Shown here piece by piece: positions 1 to 7,078 of a DNA stretch of 11,780 bases. Within the stretch, counting starts at the first letter, position 1. Each line of letters begins with the position of its first letter. Source of the stretch: an uncultured bacterium (lineage in GTDB: Bacteria; Hydrogenedentota; Hydrogenedentia; Hydrogenedentales; JAEUWI01); the NCBI GenBank assembly GCA_963977445.1, contig CAXBPH010000219.1, positions 1 to 11,780 on the forward strand, written 5' to 3'. The notes beneath the pieces are model-generated. The model saw only the letters and a list, made by a program, of their open reading frames with translations. It did not search any database and was not told where the DNA came from. The translations under genes were made by a program, and so were the position numbers.

Positions 1-166
1 GTTGGTAGGTTCTATTCGTAATCCGCACATTGAATCAACAGCCCCGAACGTGGGAAACCGGAAACTTGGCGAGGTTTACGTCGACCCCGTTGAAGCACGC
101 CATTCGCGAATATGACCGCCTTCCTTATAAAAAAAGGGCTTTTACAGGGCATTTTAAAGAATTCTG

Positions 167-196
167 TTGGGTGCGCGCCCCGTTTCATGTTATGGT
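167..196 (+). promoter_or_regulatory. Putative sigma70 extended -10 promoter for slyD
   Basis: TG-T-TATGGT at 188-196 (TGn + -10-like hexamer), weak -35 TTGGGT at 167-172 (18-nt spacer), AT-rich tract upstream at 121-165. Confidence 0.35.
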
Positions 197-248
197 AAAA
201 ACTATTTGATCAGAAATGAATGAAATCAACACCCCAGCGAGGATCATC

Positions 249-710
249 ATGAACGTACAAGACCAGGCCGTTGTCGGCATTCACTACACCTTAAAAAATG
301 ACGCGGGCGAAACCATCGACACCTCCGATGGCGGCGACCCCCTCCACTTTCTGCAAGGCAGTGGCGGCATTATCAAAGGTCTGGAAAAGGCATTGGACGG
401 CAAAGCCGTGGGCGACAAACTCGACGTCGTTATCGAACCAGAAGAGGGCTATGGCATTCACCGCGAAGAGCTCGTGCAAGAAGTGCCACGAAGTGCCTTT
501 GACGGGGTGGACAACATAGAAGTGGGCATGCAGTTTCAGGCCCAGACCGAAAGTGGACCCGTACCGATTCGCGTTTCCGCCATTAGCGATGACACGGTCA
601 CGGTGGACGGCAACCACGACCTGGCGGGTGAACGCCTCCATTTTGCGGTGAGCATTGAGGAGGTCCGTGAGGCCACACAGCAGGAAATTGACCACGGCCA
701 CGCCCACTGA
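249..710 (+). CDS. slyD: FKBP-type peptidyl-prolyl cis-trans isomerase SlyD
   Basis: Motifs VGIHYTL, PLHFLQG..IIKGLEKALDG, PEEGYG, GMQFQA, VTVDGNHDLAG..LHF, and C-terminal EATQQEIDHGHAH. Start moved from 216 to ATG 249, which follows GAGGA (239-243) by 5 nt. Confidence 0.95.
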   Translation: MNVQDQAVVGIHYTLKNDAGETIDTSDGGDPLHFLQGSGGIIKGLEKALDGKAVGDKLDVVIEPEEGYGIHREELVQEVPRSAFDGVDNIEVGMQFQAQTESGPVPIRVSAISDDTVTVDGNHDLAGERLHFAVSIEEVREATQQEIDHGHAH

Positions 711-731
711 GTATCCAACAACAAGTCCTTA

Positions 732-773
732 TCGCCCGCGCCCCGAATACCGGTGGCGCGGGCGACTTTTTTT
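732..773 (+). terminator. Rho-independent terminator of slyD
   Basis: 11-bp stem TCGCCCGCGCC (732-742) / GGCGCGGGCGA (755-765), followed by T7 (767-773). Confidence 0.9.
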
Positions 774-851
774 GATGCGGGTTCGAATATGGAACGATTC
801 ACCAAAAGCTTCCCACGGATCAAAAGTACACCATCGAGGACATAATATGTG

Positions 852-880
852 TTGACGAAACCCGGCCCTGCTGCTACCGT
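852..880 (+). promoter_or_regulatory. Putative sigma70 promoter for the DUF1559/prepilin-like gene
   Basis: TTGACG (852-857) - 17 nt - TACCGT (875-880), with extended TG at 872-873; lies just downstream of the slyD terminator. Confidence 0.6.
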
Positions 881-1027
881 AGTAGATAGCGAGAGAAGCC
901 GTGCCCTATCCTGGCGGTTTATTTTTTCGTACCGCGATGCTTATCTCGGCATTCGATTCGGTGTGTCGAATCGGTTTTGATGCCGTTTAATTCATACCCG
1001 CAACGGATTAATACAAGGAGAGAGCAA

Positions 1028-1993
1028 ATGAGAAGGAAAGGGTTTACGCTAATTGAACTCTTAGTCGTGATCGCCATCATTGGGATTTTGGCAGCTATCC
1101 TGCTGCCTGCCCTGGCACGCGCCCGAGAAGCAGCCCGCCGCGCGAGCTGTCAGAACAATCTCAAGCAATGGGGATTGGTCTGCAAAATGTATGCGAATGA
1201 GGCGGAAGGCGAGCGGTTACCCCGAATGGCGCTGGGTATCGACCGACTTCCAACCCCGGGCCCCAATAAGGTGTTGTCGGCACCCAGTGGTATCGAAATC
1301 TACCCCGAATACCTTACCGATATGAATATCTACTTCTGCCCCTCCCAGCCCGACAACCGGCCAGAAGATTTTATCGAATGCCCTGGTGGCAGCTGGTGTA
1401 GTGGCACCTTGGCCACGGGCCCCGAAACCCTCCCCCAAAGCGGTGGCGAATTCTTGAATCGCACCCTCTTCGATGACCGGTCCTACATCTATAACGGCTG
1501 GATCAACGACAACAGCGACGTGTGGATTACCACCAGCACCATGTGGGGCGCATGGCGTGGAAACTCCTTCGGCACCACGCCCAATGGTGCTACGATTGAG
1601 CTTGCTGAGGCCGACATAACCCTGAGTGGAGCGCAAATCGGTGGCCTGAATGCCTATTTCGGCTCTATCTCAGCGGCATTCACCGACATTGGCCTTCCCA
1701 TACCCGTCGCCCAGGGCAACGGTGGTGGGAATTCCATCCAGCGCCTTCGCGAAGGCATTGAGCGGTTCATGATTACCGACATCAACAATGCGGCGGCATC
1801 CGCCCAGGCCCAGTCGAACATCGCCTATATGTGGGACCGCATTGGCACCGGCGGTAGCTCCCTGCGAGGCTTCGCCCACATCCCCGGCGGTTGTAATGTG
1901 CTCTACATGGATGGTCACGTAAGTTTCGTCAAGTACCCTGACGAAACCTATCCCGTGGACAAGCTGAGTGCCCTGGTGGGTCGCGGCACCTGA
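1028..1993 (+). CDS. Prepilin-type N-terminal cleavage/methylation domain protein, DUF1559 family, with H-X9-DG-type C-terminal motif (321 aa)
   Basis: [29 protein letters not shown] (class III signal peptide, Glu5), [24 protein letters not shown]-terminal [15 protein letters not shown]. Start moved to ATG 1028, 7 nt after AAGGAG (1015-1020). Confidence 0.93.
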   Translation: MRRKGFTLIELLVVIAIIGILAAILLPALARAREAARRASCQNNLKQWGLVCKMYANEAEGERLPRMALGIDRLPTPGPNKVLSAPSGIEIYPEYLTDMNIYFCPSQPDNRPEDFIECPGGSWCSGTLATGPETLPQSGGEFLNRTLFDDRSYIYNGWINDNSDVWITTSTMWGAWRGNSFGTTPNGATIELAEADITLSGAQIGGLNAYFGSISAAFTDIGLPIPVAQGNGGGNSIQRLREGIERFMITDINNAAASAQAQSNIAYMWDRIGTGGSSLRGFAHIPGGCNVLYMDGHVSFVKYPDETYPVDKLSALVGRGT

Positions 1994-2030
1994 TAGGCCA
2001 CCATCGGTTCTGCTATAGAATCTTGACTAC

Positions 2031-2079
2031 AAAACAATACAGCGTGCGTTTCGAGATCGAAACGCACGCTGTTCTTTTT
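2031..2079. terminator. Bidirectional intrinsic terminator between convergent genes
   Basis: Perfect 16-bp inverted repeat ACAGCGTGCGTTTCGA (2039-2054) / TCGAAACGCACGCTGT (2057-2072), A-rich flank on the left, TCTTTTT on the right. Confidence 0.9.
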
Positions 2080-2099
2080 AATCACTGATGTTTGAGTAT

Positions 2100-3341
2100 C
2101 TACCCCGCCATCATGGTGGATAGGGTGCCCCAGACCTTTCCGATGGTGCGGAAGGCCAGGCCGAGCAAGATGAGCAGGCCAATGGCCCCGATGATATTGC
2201 TCATGAGTTTGTTTTTCAGGTCGCCCATAAGAGCAGCGTTGTTGGCAAAGTAATAGAGCAACAGGGCGCACAGGGGTGACGCGATAATGGTGGAGGTCTG
2301 GGCGATAAGCACGCTCTGTGAACCACCTACACCGGCCTGCATGGTGGCAATGGCCACGCCACACCCAATGAGGAGGGCCGCACCGGCACAAATACGGGTT
2401 GGCGTCTTTTCCATGCGGGGGTCGAGGCCGAGGCCATCGGCCAGGAGGGTACCGCCAATGAGTGCGTTGGCGATGAAGGAAGAAAATGCCGCCGCACACA
2501 AGCCCAGGCCAAACACGATACCCGCCGAACTGCCAAGCACTTCTTTCAGCTGATTGGCGAGCTGTCCAATGTGTTTGAAATCTCCCCCGGTCTCGTGGAG
2601 GGTCTGGGCGGCCCCGATCATGATGACGAGGCCCATGGTACCCAGAATGCCAATGCCGATCCACGCATCCTGTATAGCGTTTCTCAGATTCTCCTTATGC
2701 CAGCCTTTGGCCTGCACGAGGTAGGCCTGGTAAAAGGCGGCTACCGCAGAAAAGGTGGTGCCCAACATGCCCGCAGCAATGATAAACTCGCCTTCCCCAA
2801 ATTTCTTGGGAATCAGGCCCGTCGCCAACCCGGGAATACTGATACCGGTAAAAAAGAGGTTGCCAATGAAGGCGACCAGCATGATACCGACAAAAAAGCG
2901 CATCACCAATTCGAGGAGGTGGTAGACGTTTTTTGCCATCAGCATAAAGACGAGGGAGAGGGTCGTAAAGACGATGGGCCATATCCACGCTGGAACGCCG
3001 GGAATAATGCCTTCCAGGGCGTAGGCCACGCCGAGGTTGTTGCCAAACTGAAAGCCGGCGGCCACGAAAAACGCGGAGAAGCCTGTGACCACCGCGATGG
3101 GACGTCCCCAGCGTTTGGAAAGAAACTGCAGAAAGGATTCTTCGAGGGCGCAGCCGATGCGGGCACCCATGGAAGTAAACACCGCCATGACCAGGCACGA
3201 CACCGCAAGCATCCACACGAGGCCATAGCCGCTGTCGGCACCGGCCCGGCTGGAGGAGACGATACTACCGGGCCCCAGCACCACCGCCGCCGTAATCAGT
3301 CCCGGGCCTACCCGCTCATACCAACGTCTCTTTTCACTCAT
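2100..3341 (-). CDS. Nramp/APC-fold (MntH-related) secondary transporter with non-canonical substrate site
   Basis: About 11 hydrophobic segments; N-terminal GPGLITAAVVLGPGS..SSSRAGADSGYGLVW, GNNLG, GMLGTT, GL.AAAFSS, AQ and LMGDLKN motifs of the Nramp family; AAGGAG RBS 6 nt before the ATG. Confidence 0.88.
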   Translation of the reverse strand: MSEKRRWYERVGPGLITAAVVLGPGSIVSSSRAGADSGYGLVWMLAVSCLVMAVFTSMGARIGCALEESFLQFLSKRWGRPIAVVTGFSAFFVAAGFQFGNNLGVAYALEGIIPGVPAWIWPIVFTTLSLVFMLMAKNVYHLLELVMRFFVGIMLVAFIGNLFFTGISIPGLATGLIPKKFGEGEFIIAAGMLGTTFSAVAAFYQAYLVQAKGWHKENLRNAIQDAWIGIGILGTMGLVIMIGAAQTLHETGGDFKHIGQLANQLKEVLGSSAGIVFGLGLCAAAFSSFIANALIGGTLLADGLGLDPRMEKTPTRICAGAALLIGCGVAIATMQAGVGGSQSVLIAQTSTIIASPLCALLLYYFANNAALMGDLKNKLMSNIIGAIGLLILLGLAFRTIGKVWGTLSTMMAG

Positions 3342-3353
3342 GCGTAACTCCTT

Positions 3354-4418
3354 TTATCCGCGTAGCCAGTCGTCTCGGTGTGAGGCGACAAATTGATCAT
3401 CGTTTAACTCGGGGTACTGGGCGTACACCCGATCTATTTCTTCCAATTGTCCGCGACTCAACCCCTCTTCAGGATCGAGACACCAGAGTCCTTCCAGCAG
3501 TCCCTGACGGCGCAGCACTTCGTGCAGTCCCGCGATGCAGCCGGCAAAGCTGTGGGCCGCATCGAAAAACACCGCGTTGGTGTCGGTCACCGCGATACCG
3601 TGTTGGAGCAGGCCGTGGGAAATCCCCATGCCGGCGCTTACTTCGTTGTGGCAGCGTTCAAGAAGCTCGACGGCACGCTTCGTCCATACAGACCAGTGCC
3701 CTAGGAGCCCGCCCACGATACGACGTTCAACGAGCTCACTACCACCGCGAAGGGGATAGGAAGTGACCAGGTCGGCCACGATGTTATCATCGTTTCCCGT
3801 ATATAGGGCAATATCGTCGCGACCGGAGTCCACAACGGCGCGCACCACATCCAGAGTTTGATAGCGATTGAAAGGGGCCATCTTGATGGCCACCACGGCC
3901 TCAATTTCCGCAAAGCGTCGCCAGAAGGCATAGGGCAGGACCCGGCCTCCCACGGAGGGCTGGAGGTAAAACCCCACCAGGGGCATACTATCGCCTACGG
4001 CCTCGCAATGGGCAATCAGGGCATCTACATCAGCCGTTGCCAACGCCGCCAGACTCAGAAGCCCGGCATGGTAACCCAGATCACGCAACAGGGTCGCCTC
4101 GGCCACGGCCTGTGGGGTGTCGCCACAGATTCCACCGATGCGCACGAGAGGCGTACCTCCCCGTGTATCAGCGCGATTCATTTCTTCGGCGGCCAGCTCC
4201 AGCACGGGACGAAACAGTCCGATGTCGGGATTCCGTATGGCAAACTGGGTGGTGTGTACGCCCACGGCGATCCCCCCCACGCCCGCGTCGATGTAGTATC
4301 GACTCAGGGCACGCTGTCGGCGCTCATCCAGTTTACGCGTTGCGGTCAGCGCGAGGGGTTGGGCGGGTATGGCCACACCACGCTGTAGCGTTGAAATAAT
4401 GGAATCCATCTCAGCCAT
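3354..4418 (-). CDS. Dihydrodipicolinate synthase/N-acetylneuraminate lyase family protein (class I aldolase fold); not canonical DapA
   Basis: IPAQPLAL..R.LDE, YYIDAGVGGIAVGVHTTQF, GFYLQP (Tyr), VVAIKMAPF (Schiff-base Lys), LYTGNDD. Start uncertain (TTG 4424, ATG 4418 or ATG 4409). Confidence 0.85.
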   Translation of the reverse strand: MAEMDSIISTLQRGVAIPAQPLALTATRKLDERRQRALSRYYIDAGVGGIAVGVHTTQFAIRNPDIGLFRPVLELAAEEMNRADTRGGTPLVRIGGICGDTPQAVAEATLLRDLGYHAGLLSLAALATADVDALIAHCEAVGDSMPLVGFYLQPSVGGRVLPYAFWRRFAEIEAVVAIKMAPFNRYQTLDVVRAVVDSGRDDIALYTGNDDNIVADLVTSYPLRGGSELVERRIVGGLLGHWSVWTKRAVELLERCHNEVSAGMGISHGLLQHGIAVTDTNAVFFDAAHSFAGCIAGLHEVLRRQGLLEGLWCLDPEEGLSRGQLEEIDRVYAQYPELNDDQFVASHRDDWLRG

Positions 4419-4480
4419 GGGCAACGCACATTTTTATCATGTCGCCATTGTTGGGAGCAAACGCTCTACCGGAAAACACG

Positions 4481-5518
4481 CTAAAAATCTCCCGCACGGT
4501 TTTCGAAGTGGGTGGGCTTATTGAGACTTGCTCCCCCGGCAGCAACCCAGTCGGCAATCCAGTGCAACATTCGCTCCAGGGACACGGTGGGATAGCCCCA
4601 GAGTGCATGGGCCTGTTGACCGTTGCTGAGTAGGGCATCGCTGGCCTCTTCCCCTTCGTAGTTCACCTCTTTCTTCATGATGCGCCCGAAGGTCTCGGCG
4701 ACGCGCCGCACACTGATCTGCTCGGGGCCGGCAAGGTTAATCGTCCAGGCCGGCGTCCGTGTTTGCTCGAGCGCGAGGAGCGACATGGCATTGGCATCCC
4801 CTTGCCAGATCGCGTTGAGGCTGCCCATCTCGAGATTGACGGGTTGTCCCTGAAAGACCTGTTGGGCCACGTCGACCAGCACGCCGTAGCGCATTTCCGT
4901 GGCGTAATTGAGCCGCAGGATACTGGTCGGTATGTCGTTGGTCTGACTGAAATATTCAAAGATTCGCTCTCGGCCCATGGCGCTGGTCGCATATTCGCCG
5001 ATGGGATGGAGCGTATCGCTTTCCACGGAGCCTCCCCGTGACAAGGGGGTCAGACCGTAGACATTGCCCGTTGAAAAGGCCACGATGCGGCTTTCGCTGT
5101 AGTGCTGGCAGATCAACGAGGGCAGCCAGGTATTCATGGCCCAGGTCATGGCTTCCTGTCCGGTGGCGCCAAACTTCATGCCCGTCATATAGACCACGTT
5201 GGGCACCTGAGGCAGGGCGGCTACCTGGCCGGGGTCGAGCAGGTCACACCGGATAGTTTCGACGCCCCAGGCCTGCAATTCGGCTTCGGCTTTTCGGTTG
5301 CTGAATCGGGAGGCCGCATAGATACGTCGCTGAACCCGCGCTTCTTCGCTGGCTCGCCGTGCCATGCGGGCCATGGTAGGCCCCATTTTGCCCCCGGCAC
5401 CGAGAAAGATGATATCCCCTTCGAGGCGGCCCATCATGGTCACCAGGTCGGGTGTGGGGCGGCTCAGGAGCTCCTCTAGCGTTTCAACGCTATCGATGGT
5501 ATCAGGAAATGGGGTCAT
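4481..5518 (-). CDS. NAD-dependent epimerase/dehydratase family protein (extended/atypical SDR)
   Basis: Rossmann motif IIFLGAGGKMG, CDLLD, FSTGNVYG, EYATSAMGRE, ILRLNYA, INLAGPE; GGAGGG 12 nt upstream of the ATG. Confidence 0.88.
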   Translation of the reverse strand: MTPFPDTIDSVETLEELLSRPTPDLVTMMGRLEGDIIFLGAGGKMGPTMARMARRASEEARVQRRIYAASRFSNRKAEAELQAWGVETIRCDLLDPGQVAALPQVPNVVYMTGMKFGATGQEAMTWAMNTWLPSLICQHYSESRIVAFSTGNVYGLTPLSRGGSVESDTLHPIGEYATSAMGRERIFEYFSQTNDIPTSILRLNYATEMRYGVLVDVAQQVFQGQPVNLEMGSLNAIWQGDANAMSLLALEQTRTPAWTINLAGPEQISVRRVAETFGRIMKKEVNYEGEEASDALLSNGQQAHALWGYPTVSLERMLHWIADWVAAGGASLNKPTHFENRAGDF

Positions 5519-5620
5519 AGGTTCAGGTAGCCCTCCGATTAATGCGGTGGTAATGCGATTGCCAGAAAATAGGGGGTCATCATGCCATATTGGGGCGGTG
5601 TAATTCCCGCCCGTGGCGAA

Positions 5621-5650
5621 GTTATAGTATTAATACTACTACCTCGTCAA
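5621..5650 (-). promoter_or_regulatory. Putative sigma70 promoter of the epimerase-aldolase-transporter operon, with a palindromic operator candidate
   Basis: Minus strand TTGACG (5650-5645) - 18 nt - TATAAC (5626-5621); perfect 14-bp palindrome TAGTATTAATACTA at 5625-5638 overlaps the spacer and -10. Confidence 0.55.
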
Positions 5651-5749
5651 TAGAGTTGTTTTCCCGAGACCTTCATGCTAGGCTGATACGGTTGAGTATG
5701 ATAGGGATATCCCTGTGTCCGCGCACGGTAACAGTGAGGAGAAAAAGCG

Positions 5750-6838
5750 ATGCCTGAGATTGATAGGTATTTCCGGTTGATGGTCGAACACGGCACCTCC
5801 GATTTACACTTTTGCACGGGATGTAAGCCCATGTTCCGCAAAGACGGCTCCATGATGCCGTTGAAGGCCGACGATGAGTTGACGGCCGAGCGGGCAGAGC
5901 AGGTCTTGTTTGAAATTACGCCGGAAAAGAATCTGCAGGAGTTCAAAGACACCCACGACACGGACTTCGCCTATGAACTCGAAGGCTGTGGTCGCTTCCG
6001 CGCCAATATTTTCCGGGATCATAAGGGTGTAGGCGGCGTGTTTCGTCTCATTCCCTCCGAAATCATGACCTTTGAACAGCTCAATCTTCCGCTGGCGTTG
6101 AAAAAATTCTGCCAGCTTCACAAGGGGCTGGTGTTGGTTACCGGGCCGACGGGTAGTGGCAAATCAACCACCCTGGCCGCCATGATCGATTATATCAACA
6201 AGAATCGCTCTGACCATATCATTACTATCGAAGACCCCATTGAGTTTGTACACCAGAATCATCGCTGCCTTTTGAATCAGCGTGAAGTACATACGCATAC
6301 CCTGGGCTTCAAGAATGCCCTGCGGGCGGCATTGCGGGAAGATCCCGATATTGTGTTGGTAGGCGAAATGCGTGACCTGGAAACAACCCACATCGCCATC
6401 GAGACGGCTGAAACGGGTCACCTGGTCTTTGGCACCCTCCATACGACGACGGCCATCTCTACGGTAGACCGACTCATTGACCAGTTTCCTTCGGGGCAGC
6501 AGTCCCAGATTCGCACCATGCTTTCCGGTGCCCTCAAGGGGGTGGTGGCGCAGAACCTGATCAAGAAAAAGGGTGGTGGTCGGGTGGCGGCCCTCGAGGT
6601 TCTCGTGGTCAATGCGGCCGTGGCCATGCTGATTCGTGAGGGCAAGACGGCGCAGGTGATGAGTATCATGCAGACCGCAAAAAAAGAAGGCATGACCCTG
6701 CTCAATGAAGAACTGGCCCGTTTTGTGAAGGAAGACACCATCGAGGCGGCGGAAGCCTATTCCAAGGCTGTGGACAAAGAGGGCATCATCAAGGCAATGG
6801 AGGGGGTCGGCGTAACGTTCAAGCCTTCCACCGACTAA
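5750..6838 (+). CDS. pilT: Type IV pilus twitching-motility/retraction ATPase PilT (PilT/PilU family)
   Basis: SDLH, GRFRANIF, Walker A GPTGSGKST, TIEDPIE, NQREV, ALREDPDIVLVGEMRD (Walker B), His box AETGHLVFGTLHT, AVAMLIRE (AIRNLIRE-like); GAGGAG RBS at 5736-5741. Confidence 0.93.
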   Translation: MPEIDRYFRLMVEHGTSDLHFCTGCKPMFRKDGSMMPLKADDELTAERAEQVLFEITPEKNLQEFKDTHDTDFAYELEGCGRFRANIFRDHKGVGGVFRLIPSEIMTFEQLNLPLALKKFCQLHKGLVLVTGPTGSGKSTTLAAMIDYINKNRSDHIITIEDPIEFVHQNHRCLLNQREVHTHTLGFKNALRAALREDPDIVLVGEMRDLETTHIAIETAETGHLVFGTLHTTTAISTVDRLIDQFPSGQQSQIRTMLSGALKGVVAQNLIKKKGGGRVAALEVLVVNAAVAMLIREGKTAQVMSIMQTAKKEGMTLLNEELARFVKEDTIEAAEAYSKAVDKEGIIKAMEGVGVTFKPSTD

Positions 6839-6864
6839 GACCGCCACCAGTTATCCAATCATTC

Positions 6865-6896
6865 AAGACGAAGGTCGTGTGCCTTCGTCTTTTTTT
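6865..6896 (+). terminator. Rho-independent terminator of pilT
   Basis: 10-bp stem AAGACGAAGG (6865-6874) / CCTTCGTCTT (6882-6891), running into a T tract ending at 6896. Confidence 0.88.
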
Positions 6897-6990
6897 GTTT
6901 GTCGAGAAACGACGGGCACGTCGGGTAGATTCTCCGCGACCCGTGTCGCCTCCCGGCACAGCGGTGAGGCTATCGAAAGCCCCCAACGAC

Positions 6991-7025
6991 AAGAAAGCGG
7001 CGACTCCGCTGGGGAGCCGCCGCTT
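6991..7025 (-). terminator. Rho-independent terminator of the large surface-protein gene
   Basis: Minus strand AAGCGGCGGCTCC-CCAGC-GGAGTCGCCGCTT followed by TCTT; the one + strand mismatch is a G-U pair on the minus strand. Confidence 0.75.
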
Positions 7026-7078
7026 GAATCATTCGCTATTAGTGACATCGCTCTGTGTTTGAGCGATACAAGGGGTCC

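Noticed and set aside
1..126. Possible start of a minus-strand gene (ATG at 103 or 30; AAGGAAGG at 126-119)
   Set aside because: The frame from ATG 103 stops after 22 codons; ATG 30 gives only 10 codons before the window edge, with no recognisable motif
216..248. Longer N-terminus of SlyD from the ORF track
   Set aside because: No RBS before 216; ATG 249 has a GAGGA RBS and matches the usual SlyD start
977..1027. 17-aa N-terminal extension of the pilin-like ORF
   Set aside because: AAGGAG precedes ATG 1028, which gives a typical short basic prepilin leader
2039..2072. 16-bp perfect inverted repeat considered as a transposon end or recombination site
   Set aside because: Single copy between convergent genes with A and T tails; a bidirectional terminator explains it, and no transposase or recombinase is present
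1948..3347. Alternative-frame and antisense ORFs of 238, 258 and 173 aa over the transporter
   Set aside because: They overlap a well-supported gene and have no recognisable motifs; expected shadow ORFs in GC-rich DNA
3354..4418. Naming the aldolase-family gene dapA (and the neighbouring transporter mntH)
   Set aside because: The diagnostic GTTGE and DPGN/MPH motifs are absent
5672..5702. Candidate pilT promoter TTCATG-N19-TATGAT
   Set aside because: Good -10, but poor -35 and spacing; not enough to call as a feature
6164..6847. 227-aa ORF antisense to pilT
   Set aside because: Antisense shadow of a conserved gene, with no independent support
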